IMG/VR virus record: IMGVR_UViG_3300017748_000003
Span: 10,021-74,020 of that record
DNA length: 64,000 nt
Source of the DNA: a virus
Direction: 5' to 3' (one strand)
The notes beneath the pieces were generated by a model, which saw only the letters and a program-made list of their open reading frames with translations, did no database searches and was not told the origin of the DNA. A program made the position numbers and the translations under genes. This document shows, in pieces, positions 28,399-37,207 of the stretch; the stretch's first letter is position 1, and each line of letters starts with the position of its first letter.

Positions 28399-28971
28399 TT
28401 AATAAGGTATTGGATTTGAAAATGTTTTCGATTGACGCTTGGACGAACGCTTAGGATCAATCACGCTCTTGCCTTCAAGATGGTCGACTAGGCTCGGACA
28501 ATGAATCCAGTATTTCTTCTTCTCCACTTTCTTAAAGTAAAACCGGACAACCATATCAAGAGGCTCCTTGTATAGCAGCTTAGGATCGTCACGATCTTGA
28601 CGTAACATGTATTCAGACATTCTTCGGCTCCACCCTGCCGGAAGGTAAAAGCACTGAGCCATAAGAAAGCTGTTGTCCCAACGAGACCCTTCGGTAAGGT
28701 CGGCCTTCCTCATAGAAAAGAACTGGATAGCGGTATCGGGCATCGAGGCGATCACAGATTCAACCTTCTCGTTAAATCCCTGAGTCAGAATAATGTCATC
28801 TTCCATGTGCAAAGCGGCATCGTGACCTGCTTGCAGAAGAGCGCGGTAAAAGGTATCCCACGCTGATTGGGTCGTATCCATACAGAACTCCGCACCCTTC
28901 AAGTGCTTCTGTAAATAATCAACACAATGAGGTCGATGATTAGGAACTGCTCTTACGATTCGTCTTGTCAT
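28399..28971 (-). CDS. phage glycosyltransferase paralogue A
   Basis: LHMEDDIIL, C-terminal PSLVDH. Confidence 0.65.
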   Translation of the reverse strand: MTRRIVRAVPNHRPHCVDYLQKHLKGAEFCMDTTQSAWDTFYRALLQAGHDAALHMEDDIILTQGFNEKVESVIASMPDTAIQFFSMRKADLTEGSRWDNSFLMAQCFYLPAGWSRRMSEYMLRQDRDDPKLLYKEPLDMVVRFYFKKVEKKKYWIHCPSLVDHLEGKSVIDPKRSSKRQSKTFSNPIPY

Positions 28972-29504
28972 GGTCGGTAAGTCTTAGATACCCATTGGGT
29001 GTTAGTTACACGGTCTACTGGATTCGGGCAATGAATCCAGAACTTACGCCCTGTCTCTTTCACCCAATCAGCAATCCCTTCGTCATAATGAATAGCCCGT
29101 GATGCCTTCTGAATCTCGCGCCATCTAGGAAGGTAGTCCAATAGTTCCTCACTCCACCCAGACGGTAAGTAAAAGCAGGTTGTCATCATAAGATTCCGAT
29201 CCCACCGAGAGCCTTCGGTTAAGTCTTTCTTTCTCATTGAAAAGAATTGGACCATTCTGTGTGGGTCTTCTAAAATGACATCTTCTACCACCGAGCGAAA
29301 TTTACCATTAACGCGAACACCGGATTCCATGTGAAGAGCAGCGTCACCTTCAGCTTTACCCAAAGCAGTCAAGAACGTAGAGAACCGATCCTGCTCATTT
29401 TCGGGGACGTGGACGCGGCCTGTAGTATCGGAGAAGAATCCCCACGTAGACAGGAATCCTCTCACGTCCTGCGGCCTATGACGAAGAATAAAACGATAAT
29501 TCAT
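28968..29504 (-). CDS. glycosyltransferase paralogue B (EDD motif lost)
   Basis: Shares QFFSMRKxDLTEGSRWD, CFYLPxGWS and WIHCP with paralogue A; has LHMESG instead of LHMEDD. Confidence 0.6.
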   Translation of the reverse strand: MNYRFILRHRPQDVRGFLSTWGFFSDTTGRVHVPENEQDRFSTFLTALGKAEGDAALHMESGVRVNGKFRSVVEDVILEDPHRMVQFFSMRKKDLTEGSRWDRNLMMTTCFYLPSGWSEELLDYLPRWREIQKASRAIHYDEGIADWVKETGRKFWIHCPNPVDRVTNTQWVSKTYRP

Positions 29505-30133
29505 AACTTGCCAATCTTAGCGTGATCCCATCTTCTCAAAAGGTCTTTAGAGAAGAGCGACGAGACTCTTGCTTTACCTTTGATGGACTTAGGATGTCCT
29601 AGGGTAGATGGGATTTGGTTGTTATGGTTGCAGAGATTTGGTAGTGTTAAAAGGAATGACTTTCCAGTCTGCTTAAGGAACTTCTGTAATCCATAGTCAT
29701 CCGCCCTTGTGATCCTTCCTTTCTCCGGCTGGTATAAATTCTCATCGGTAGCCCACTCAAGATACTCTTCGATGAACTTACCTGTGTAGTAATTCGCCGG
29801 ACACCAGAGCCTTTGTGTTTCAGCATAACAGAATCCTTCATCGTAAAGCTGCCTTTGTTTGTCTGTTAGACCGATGAGAAAAATCATACACCGATCAGGA
29901 ACCATAGCTTTATCGAGTTCCTCTCTAAACCACGTAGGGATAATGACATCATCTTGGATAATTAGAACCCCATCTCTATTCTCCTTCATTATCTTAGTCA
30001 GATGCCAATGTGTTCCTAGGTAATCTGGATCAGTAGACACATAGGGGTTAAGGCCCTTCAGCCTTTCGACCAAGGAAGGAATCATAATAGACCTTGAGGG
30101 AACAGTCTGAATAACCGTATTCTCAGGAATCAT
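29501..30133 (-). CDS. glycosyltransferase paralogue C
   Basis: IIQDDVII, PNLCNH..STLGH. Confidence 0.6.
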   Translation of the reverse strand: MIPENTVIQTVPSRSIMIPSLVERLKGLNPYVSTDPDYLGTHWHLTKIMKENRDGVLIIQDDVIIPTWFREELDKAMVPDRCMIFLIGLTDKQRQLYDEGFCYAETQRLWCPANYYTGKFIEEYLEWATDENLYQPEKGRITRADDYGLQKFLKQTGKSFLLTLPNLCNHNNQIPSTLGHPKSIKGKARVSSLFSKDLLRRWDHAKIGKL

Positions 30134-30614
30134 CTCTAAACTTTTTCTTCATAAGCTCGAAGTCTTGCTTTGCGGTCATCGCTGGGCGTTTAGGTGGCCC
30201 CGGAAGATGAGTAGCGATGTTCGGCAGCTTCGACCGATTGACTAGACCGACCACTCGATAGTCCTTGTCCATATACCAGTAACACCTGCCCTCAAAATCG
30301 AAGTAACGTAGCTTCAGCTTCCAGAAGTAAGCGTCGTAGCCGTAGTCATGAATATGCTTAATGAACCGCTTGTAGTCAGGGATTCGGTTCTGTGGTACGG
30401 TAGCCTCGATACGTGTGTATTCGTGAGGATACTGCGGCATTGTTTTCGCAGGCTCCCAAGTGCAATCTTCTACTAAATCTTTTATTTCTTCTTCCGTCAT
30501 AAATGCGGGTAGCGTTAATTCGCCGTTGTGTGCTGTGCGTGTAAAGACGTAACGGTTCCAAGGCGCGTTGCCCCAAGTGACTGTCGTAACTGTCTTTTTC
30601 TGGTTACTTTTCAT
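30123..30614 (-). CDS. conserved hypothetical protein (W..AKTMP..PHEY family)
   Basis: WEPAKTMPQYPHEY and YWYM...LVNR motifs. Confidence 0.6.
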   Translation of the reverse strand: MKSNQKKTVTTVTWGNAPWNRYVFTRTAHNGELTLPAFMTEEEIKDLVEDCTWEPAKTMPQYPHEYTRIEATVPQNRIPDYKRFIKHIHDYGYDAYFWKLKLRYFDFEGRCYWYMDKDYRVVGLVNRSKLPNIATHLPGPPKRPAMTAKQDFELMKKKFRDDS

Positions 30615-30705
30615 TGTAAGGCCGGCCTGCCGTCATAAATGCGGGTAACGTTAATATCTTACTGCGCCTGTTTCTTTGTGTCAAGACTTGATATTAAGAG
30701 CTACC

Positions 30706-31185
30706 TTACTTCCTCCTTACGCCTAGTATCTTACCTTCGTAGTAAGCCAGAGGAGTTTTACAGACTGCCCTGCTTTGGGTAGGGCGATGAATGCACTGCC
30801 CGTTACCTACATAAATTAGGATATGCCCAGAGGTTCCAGACCTACTACCCCTCCAAGTTATAACAACATCACCGGGTCGAATACCAATAAGCGACACTTG
30901 CCTGCCCCACGATAGCCAGTTCCTAGCCATAGCGTAGTGGGGTGGTGTATTACCACCAGAGTCGTTAATGATTCTTCCCACCCAATTAGCGCACTGACGA
31001 GACTGCCCGTAACGGTAATGTTTTCCTTCCCACTTTTTAGCCTCAGATACAATAGCCGTAGCGGTGTATTGTCCGGGAATAAGGTCTCTAAATAAACGTT
31101 TCTCTTGGCCGTAAGAAGTCCCTAGGCAACTAGAAACCAATACAAAGATAACCAGAAACTTATGTATTAACGTGTTAATGTTCAT
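30706..31185 (-). CDS. secreted NlpC/P60-like peptidase
   Basis: Signal peptide, QCANWV, PGDVV, GHILIYVGNG..IH; promoter at 31191-31218. Confidence 0.8.
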   Translation of the reverse strand: MNINTLIHKFLVIFVLVSSCLGTSYGQEKRLFRDLIPGQYTATAIVSEAKKWEGKHYRYGQSRQCANWVGRIINDSGGNTPPHYAMARNWLSWGRQVSLIGIRPGDVVITWRGSRSGTSGHILIYVGNGQCIHRPTQSRAVCKTPLAYYEGKILGVRRK

Positions 31186-31328
31186 GGATTAATATATCAC
31201 AGATCCGAATATTTGCAAGTAATAAATACCTAGTGTTTTTGCACGCTGTGCAAACTAAAGACAGAGACTAGGAGTCTTTAACGTCTTTTGCATCAGATAA
31301 CTTTTCGCAAAGCATAACTAATCGTTCG

Positions 31329-31559
31329 TCAGCTTGAGAGTCTGGTAAGAGCGTCTGCTGCTCTTCTAATCCATCTCTTCCAGAGTCTAACTTTCTCTTT
31401 AGTATCAGGCTTGCTAGGCTTAATAGCTTTCTTAGCATTGTGATGAATCTCTTCTAAGGTTTCTCCAGAAAACTCTTCTGGTATATCATCAATAAAAAGA
31501 ACGGGTCCATCGGTCCCAGACTTTACTATCTTATCTATGTTATCCGAATTTTCCTCCAT
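31329..31559 (-). CDS. hypothetical protein
   Basis: 76-aa ORF. Confidence 0.45.
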   Translation of the reverse strand: MEENSDNIDKIVKSGTDGPVLFIDDIPEEFSGETLEEIHHNAKKAIKPSKPDTKEKVRLWKRWIRRAADALTRLSS

Positions 31560-31569
31560 AGTAAATTAT

Positions 31570-32238
31570 CTAATTAGCTCCCCAAGATAAACCAAACCGT
31601 TCAGCGCATACAGGACCATAACCTACTGACACGCTTCTATCGTCAGTCAAGGACCGATTACAGAAGCAACACCTACCTGTAATCTTACCAAACTCAGCAG
31701 CTACCTCCTCAGGGCTTTCAGCCAACCTAGACAGAGCAGCCCTAACTGCGGGTGTGCTATCCCTGCCGGGATAAAACTTACCATCTTGTGCTATACGGCC
31801 ATACCAACCATCTCCGAACTTAGGAGATGCAACCATAACGTCTCCAGTGTAACGAGACCGCGCACCTGCTATAGACACCTTAAGCTCTATGCCCTCAGCG
31901 TTAAGCCTAATAGATGGTGACTTAACGTGCTCACCCGCCTTAGATAACATACGCTTAATACCCTCAAGAGGCATTCTAATACCCCTATCATGCCTAGGTG
32001 CTGACTCCTCTTCCATAGTCAAGGAGTGAAGCCAGTAACGCTTAGCATCAGACAAGTAAGACCAACGCCCCGCAGAGAAATTAGCGTAAGCCTCTGCGAC
32101 TCTGCGCTCAAAGTTGCTAACTTTGTCGCTCTTACTGATCTTATCCAGTAGGGCATCGTAAGCAGATTTGTCATTATCATACGGGCTATCAATCTCGCGG
32201 ACCTGACCTGTTTTGCGATGAGTGTATCCAATCTTCAT
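31570..32238 (-). CDS. protein with C-terminal DUF6011-type zinc ribbon
   Basis: GRCCFCNRSLTD..S...GYGPVCA. Confidence 0.75.
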   Translation of the reverse strand: MKIGYTHRKTGQVREIDSPYDNDKSAYDALLDKISKSDKVSNFERRVAEAYANFSAGRWSYLSDAKRYWLHSLTMEEESAPRHDRGIRMPLEGIKRMLSKAGEHVKSPSIRLNAEGIELKVSIAGARSRYTGDVMVASPKFGDGWYGRIAQDGKFYPGRDSTPAVRAALSRLAESPEEVAAEFGKITGRCCFCNRSLTDDRSVSVGYGPVCAERFGLSWGAN

Positions 32239-32260
32239 AATGTAAATATAAGGGCTAGGG

Positions 32261-32521
32261 TTACTTAGTTGTAGGAAATAACTCGTTAATCATCTGGATT
32301 CTGTGGCTCACTTCGGCTAGGTCCTTTTCGGTCCTAAGTATATCGTTTCTCCAGACTGTAAGGAACCCACTGTCGTAGGCTCTCGCCCCTGTCATTCCAT
32401 CCTTCCACCGCTCGTTAATGTCTGCTCTGTCGGCTAAAATAGCCTCAGCCCTAGCTCTAAGTAGCTCCAGAGATTTGTGGGCGTTTTCTTCTTGTGATGT
32501 AACTGTATTGATCTCGTTCAT
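32261..32521 (-). CDS. hypothetical coiled-coil protein (leaderless)
   Basis: ATG 8 nt after -10 of promoter 32530-32557. Confidence 0.55.
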   Translation of the reverse strand: MNEINTVTSQEENAHKSLELLRARAEAILADRADINERWKDGMTGARAYDSGFLTVWRNDILRTEKDLAEVSHRIQMINELFPTTK

Positions 32522-32575
32522 AACATTACAAGGTAGCACAGGTCCGAACGTTTGCAAGTAATAAATAAAAAGAAA

Positions 32576-33442
32576 TTACATAACCTCTTTATAGTGCTTG
32601 CCTCTATCAACTAAAACCATTTCGTAATTATCTATCCCGCTACCTACAGAAACACCTTCAGACCTAGTAAGCTTATTCTCCTTAAAAGAAGAGTAATCAA
32701 CTTGGTGATGCCAGCGATTAAACTTACGAGTAACCCTAACTACATCAGGATGCTGCTCAGCCAGAGACTCAGCAAACTCCTTACGGTCATTAGTCTTCTC
32801 GTATAAATCATTCGTATTGCCGCCATCCATTCTCATCGTAGTCACCTTCCCGCAGAGGAAAGCGTTAAACAAAATAGTGCATAACCCAGACTTAAGGACG
32901 CGAAGTGACAAGTCTGTGTCCTCGTTAAATCGTCCTCGCCACCGGAACTCTAGAGAGTTGTTCACTAGAATGCATGAGTAAATCCTAGTGTTGGTATAAA
33001 AAGGAGGAACAGGGTCTGTCGCTTTAGCGAAGGAATAATAGTTCATACCCGACAGACCTACATTTGAGAACCTGTCAGTAAAGTCTTCACAGGCTCGGAA
33101 CGTAGCATTAGTCCTAACCCTAAACTTAGTATTCTTGTTAAGACGATTAAAATCCTCAATGTTATCGTCCAGAATCCAGTGCCTCTCGTCGCCTCTAGCG
33201 AGCGAGTGATTCCAGACCCAATTACGGACGGGTATAGACCCGCAGCCTCTCTCAGAGAAGTCTAAGGGCAGCACTAGGACATCTGACCCCACCCACTGAT
33301 TGCGTCGATAAGCATCAACCTCAGAAGGCTCCACTACTACCTTAAATGGAACGTTACACTTCCTAAGAGATCTAACAGTAATGCACGAGCTAGGTCTACC
33401 TTTAGATATAACGTAGACAGGATATCTTAATTCTTTTGCCAT
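32576..33442 (-). CDS. GREB1-like / TET-associated glycosyltransferase
   Basis: YPVYVISKGR, VVEP.E...Y, RNW.W.HS, HWILDDNI, RIYSC.L, NEDTDLSL, GGNT, RWHH.VDY. Confidence 0.8.
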   Translation of the reverse strand: MAKELRYPVYVISKGRPSSCITVRSLRKCNVPFKVVVEPSEVDAYRRNQWVGSDVLVLPLDFSERGCGSIPVRNWVWNHSLARGDERHWILDDNIEDFNRLNKNTKFRVRTNATFRACEDFTDRFSNVGLSGMNYYSFAKATDPVPPFYTNTRIYSCILVNNSLEFRWRGRFNEDTDLSLRVLKSGLCTILFNAFLCGKVTTMRMDGGNTNDLYEKTNDRKEFAESLAEQHPDVVRVTRKFNRWHHQVDYSSFKENKLTRSEGVSVGSGIDNYEMVLVDRGKHYKEVM

Positions 33443-34173
33443 ACGTTAGGACGGTCATTCCAAAACCCCGTCTTTACTTTTTCATAGCCTGATTGCTTAA
33501 GGATATTAGCAAACATCCTACCCATCTTACTATGATGAATATACGAATCAAGAGGGATAACCTTAGAAGACCAGCGAAGGTTGTAGAAGTAATCAAAATG
33601 CCCAAATGATTTTGCATTAAAAGCATTAGCCATAACTATTACCTTTGGCTTGTTCACTTCTAAGATTTCAATTAGGTGATCGCCAGCGTGATAAATATGC
33701 TCAAAGTATTCACTAGCGAAGACTAAATCAACTGGCCCAGCTTCTTTGTGGTCAGGCAATACGTCTATGTGGCTAGCGCAAAAATCATACTGCTTAGTGC
33801 CTTTAAGATTAGTGCCAACCACCCTGCCACATCCTATATCCTCAAGTGCTTTAGTGGTAAGGCCCAAGCCGCACCCTAAGTCTAAACAGGTATCAACAGT
33901 AAGATTAAGAGACCCCACCTTCTTTATATACTCTGATGAATATATTTTGTAACAGGCTAGTAGGTCGCAGAAATACCAATCATCGTCATATAACTTGTAA
34001 GCGGCATCCTCATAGTCCAAGGCTTCATACCATTTATTCCTCAAGTCTTCAGCCCACTTAGAGCAGCCTTTTCCGTTGTAGTGATTTAAGACATCCGTAT
34101 ACCTCTGCTTTGCAGATGTAATGTCTATAGAATACATCTCGCAGTATAATTTAATCGCCTCTTCAATCTTCAT
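33427..34173 (-). CDS. class I SAM-dependent methyltransferase
   Basis: LDLGCGLG, DLVFASEYFEH. Confidence 0.8.
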   Translation of the reverse strand: MKIEEAIKLYCEMYSIDITSAKQRYTDVLNHYNGKGCSKWAEDLRNKWYEALDYEDAAYKLYDDDWYFCDLLACYKIYSSEYIKKVGSLNLTVDTCLDLGCGLGLTTKALEDIGCGRVVGTNLKGTKQYDFCASHIDVLPDHKEAGPVDLVFASEYFEHIYHAGDHLIEILEVNKPKVIVMANAFNAKSFGHFDYFYNLRWSSKVIPLDSYIHHSKMGRMFANILKQSGYEKVKTGFWNDRPNVWQKN

Positions 34174-34174
34174 C

Positions 34175-34459
34175 TCAATCAACTATAACTTTTCTTCTAA
34201 CTCGGCTACGCTTCCGCTTTCGAGTCTTTGATGGAGGCAGTGCATCTACATACATCTTACCTCTGTTAAGTCCCTTAATCAGTTTAGGAAACCAGACGCT
34301 CTTAGTCTTAGGTGTAAGCTTCTGATCTAAAGCCTCAGATAATTTGTCTAGGCTCTCCGCATCAGGCACACGAACAATAATCGTTGCGTATGCTTCTTGC
34401 TTCTCCTGTTGAAACTCAGGCATCCCCTCCCACAGGTCTTGTGATTCTTTCTTAGTCAT
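34175..34459 (-). CDS. conserved small protein, recalled as commonly adjacent to GREB1-like GTs
   Basis: WEGMPEFQQE ... Q.LTPKTKSVWFP. Confidence 0.6.
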   Translation of the reverse strand: MTKKESQDLWEGMPEFQQEKQEAYATIIVRVPDAESLDKLSEALDQKLTPKTKSVWFPKLIKGLNRGKMYVDALPPSKTRKRKRSRVRRKVIVD

Positions 34460-34465
34460 ATCGCC

Positions 34466-34930
34466 TCAATCTAACCAAGCAGGGGCTTGTCTCTTAGTCC
34501 ACTTATGCAGATGTGATTTAGCAGAGCGGTAATAAGATCTATAAGCAACTATAGAATCTTCGTGATAAAACTCTTCTGGCATAGCTTGGGCAAACGGTGT
34601 CATTGACGAAGACTCAGGAATAATGTCGATAGAGATATTATCCCAGCACCATTGAATTACATCAATACTAGCATGACTGCCTCCGAACCGATAAACCTTT
34701 TCCTTACCTAAAGCCATGCCGTGGTGATAAAGCCACTCGTAATTCTTTAAGCATTTCCTAGCCCATATAGTGCAGGGGTGATTGTAGTAAGCCCTAAGAT
34801 AAGGAGCGTCCCCTTTGGGGTAGGCTGAGCACATCATCTGTGCTGTCTCTAGAATCATCTTATTTACGTGCTTGTCTCCAAGTGCTTTTGCTGCACGCTG
34901 CGGTCGTATGTCTACTGCGAATATGTTCAT
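34466..34930 (-). CDS. pyrimidine-dimer DNA glycosylase-like protein
   Basis: MNIF..DKH..KMILETAQM..A, NHPCTIWAR, TPFAQAMP, AYR.YY. Confidence 0.75.
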   Translation of the reverse strand: MNIFAVDIRPQRAAKALGDKHVNKMILETAQMMCSAYPKGDAPYLRAYYNHPCTIWARKCLKNYEWLYHHGMALGKEKVYRFGGSHASIDVIQWCWDNISIDIIPESSSMTPFAQAMPEEFYHEDSIVAYRSYYRSAKSHLHKWTKRQAPAWLD

Positions 34931-35379
34931 GTTAGGTCTATAGATCTTTTAGAGCGCATAACATAACTTTTCTTATGAGCCTGTGGTCGCCTCCTACGCT
35001 TAGCTTTCTTAATAGAGCGACCTACCCACTCATCCTCAGCTTCTGATTGTAAAGTCTCGTGATTCTCTCCGGCGATCATACGCTCCATGTATTCTATAGG
35101 TAGGTAGCCCCATGACTTAACCTGCCACTCGTTAAAGGAATTAAGATCATCCCAAGAAGCATTTAGCCTACGATAAGGCGAAGGCTTACCTGCATCGCGC
35201 TTCCCTATTACAGTCAGCCAATCAACCTTACTGACTGCTGGCTTACTTTGATTCTCAACCCTATACCTGTCACTACAGCGTGTAGCGATAAACATAATAA
35301 TCTTATCTGCGTCAGGCTTACGTGCTGTCATAGAATAAAAAACCATAGGCACACGAAACGGTCGCTTTTGTTCTTGCAT
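34927..35379 (-). CDS. hypothetical protein (leaderless)
   Basis: ATG 5 nt after -10 of promoter 35385-35413. Confidence 0.6.
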   Translation of the reverse strand: MQEQKRPFRVPMVFYSMTARKPDADKIIMFIATRCSDRYRVENQSKPAVSKVDWLTVIGKRDAGKPSPYRRLNASWDDLNSFNEWQVKSWGYLPIEYMERMIAGENHETLQSEAEDEWVGRSIKKAKRRRRPQAHKKSYVMRSKRSIDLT

Positions 35380-35437
35380 GATTTAGTATAGCACAGAATG
35401 AGAATGTTTGCAAGTAATAATTTACTTACGTAAGATG

Positions 35438-36157
35438 CTAATTCAAAGAACCGTAACTCCAGTTAGGATACTTAGCAGTAGTATCTTCTTCCTTTAAAAG
35501 CTCTATGTGCCAAGGCGCATCACACTCAGACCCTTCAAGAATTTTAACCTTCATAGAATCTTTAGGATCAATCTTAGCTATAATACAATTACCCTTACCC
35601 GGCTTAAGCTGAGTAGCCATCTTATCGTCTCTCATAGCTATGACTTCGATGCCTAGGTTAAAGATACTATTAATATCATCCATAACCTTAGGATTCAAAA
35701 GAGCCTTAACTACGTCCAAGCAATGACCAGTAACCATCAGCGGCATACTGCTAGGAGGGCCTTCTGTCCAAGGCTGAAAAGACCACGCCACACCGCCTTT
35801 ATCTGGCCTTACATCAGTAAGCCCTAAAAGGTAAAGGCATTTATAAGATTTACATACTGTAGGTCTGTTACTGTATACAGTGCAGCCTACACCCTCCACT
35901 GCGTAATAACACTCAACGCAAGCTGGCTTAGGATCAAAATCAATAGGCTCATCAGCCAGTATACTAGACTCTTCGATAGCCGGAGCCTGACAACAGTAAA
36001 TGCAATCTCCGCACTCTCTACCCTCAGCGTTACTTAAAGAAAACTTTGATAAAAACTCTACGTCTTCTCTCTTAAGCAGCTTAATATTAGTAGCAGCTTT
36101 AATCATAAGATACTCAAGCTTCTTAGCATCCTCTGGTGTAAGATCATTTATATTCAT
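35438..36157 (-). CDS. CxxCxxCC (YkgJ-like) metal-cluster protein
   Basis: CGDCIYCC, C..C, CTVY..RP.VC..YKC. Confidence 0.75.
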   Translation of the reverse strand: MNINDLTPEDAKKLEYLMIKAATNIKLLKREDVEFLSKFSLSNAEGRECGDCIYCCQAPAIEESSILADEPIDFDPKPACVECYYAVEGVGCTVYSNRPTVCKSYKCLYLLGLTDVRPDKGGVAWSFQPWTEGPPSSMPLMVTGHCLDVVKALLNPKVMDDINSIFNLGIEVIAMRDDKMATQLKPGKGNCIIAKIDPKDSMKVKILEGSECDAPWHIELLKEEDTTAKYPNWSYGSLN

Positions 36158-36169
36158 TATCTAATACAG

Positions 36170-36273
36170 ACGTGCCTCCTACTCGGATACCAAACCGAGT
36201 AGGAGGGCTTAGCCAACAGACCAATTCCCCTACCAAGGGAATCAGAAACAAGCTCCTCCTAGTAAGCCTGTTA
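36170..36273 (-). ncRNA. candidate structured sRNA / regulatory leader
   Basis: Directly after promoter 36279-36307; three hairpins, G-U pairs valid on minus strand. Confidence 0.5.
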
Positions 36274-36328
36274 GTATTAGTATAGCACAGAATGGGAATG
36301 TTTGCAAGTAATAATTTACTTGGATAAT

Positions 36329-36955
36329 TCAATCCCACAAGTTTGACGTATGCAACGATTCCCAAGACTTAAGCGCATACTCTCTTATGGTGCTCATCTG
36401 AATTAAGATACAAGACCTAGTAAGAACGGCAGTAACGGCTAACACCCAATGGCTAGCATCAATAATAGAAGCCAAGCACTGAGATAAAAGTATTGCTGCT
36501 ATGCCATACTTCATAGCCTCAAGCTGACTCTTCTGAACTACAGGCATAATGCTAAGCATCCAGCCAGAACTATGGTATTTCTTTTCAAGCTGAGACGCAC
36601 GCTCTTTAAGCAAAGTAGTAACCCCAAGATCACCATCTTTATCAGCTTTTATATTAGATAACCCTAGCCACTCAGACTCCTGTGAATAAGATTTAGTAAG
36701 CTTAGACCCTACTCCCATAGCCATCATAACGCCAAATAGGATAACATTAATAAGTATAAGCCAGCCATAAAGGAACTCTAAGATCCAATCACCTGTAGGA
36801 ACCTCAGGAATAAGGCTAGCTATAACTAAATACATATAACCCACTAAAATACTGGCTTCCGCTCCCCAAGCCCCTACAGGCCAAGTTTGAGTAATATGAA
36901 ACTTCTTCTCCTCAAGGTGGGGAGCTATAATACGCTCAGCATCAATCATCTTCAT
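36329..36955 (-). CDS. multi-pass membrane protein
   Basis: About four hydrophobic segments. Confidence 0.6.
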   Translation of the reverse strand: MKMIDAERIIAPHLEEKKFHITQTWPVGAWGAEASILVGYMYLVIASLIPEVPTGDWILEFLYGWLILINVILFGVMMAMGVGSKLTKSYSQESEWLGLSNIKADKDGDLGVTTLLKERASQLEKKYHSSGWMLSIMPVVQKSQLEAMKYGIAAILLSQCLASIIDASHWVLAVTAVLTRSCILIQMSTIREYALKSWESLHTSNLWD

Positions 36956-37199
36956 AAATAAGTAAAATATAGTCTTTTCTAAAAATATTAGGCATAAGGA
37001 CACGGCCAGCCTCAGGCATCCTAAGCATAAACGTAAGCAACTCCCCTCTTAGAGATCTATAAGCTACGCGATCAGCCTTAACCCTTTTACCGGATACATG
37101 AGTCCCCATTTCAATAGCTATTTGCACGGCGTGCAATCCTGACCTAGCCACGATGTAACTAATCTTCCAATAACGGCTAACTACTCGGTATAGATTCAT
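36942..37199 (-). CDS. hypothetical protein
   Basis: 85-aa ORF. Confidence 0.5.
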   Translation of the reverse strand: MNLYRVVSRYWKISYIVARSGLHAVQIAIEMGTHVSGKRVKADRVAYRSLRGELLTFMLRMPEAGRVLMPNIFRKDYILLIYEDD

Positions 37200-37207
37200 T
37201 AAGTAAA

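Noticed and set aside
34891-34905. Possible extra palindrome copies (CTGCACG at 34891, 22958, 24781, 49558)
   Set aside because: Right half absent; not counted
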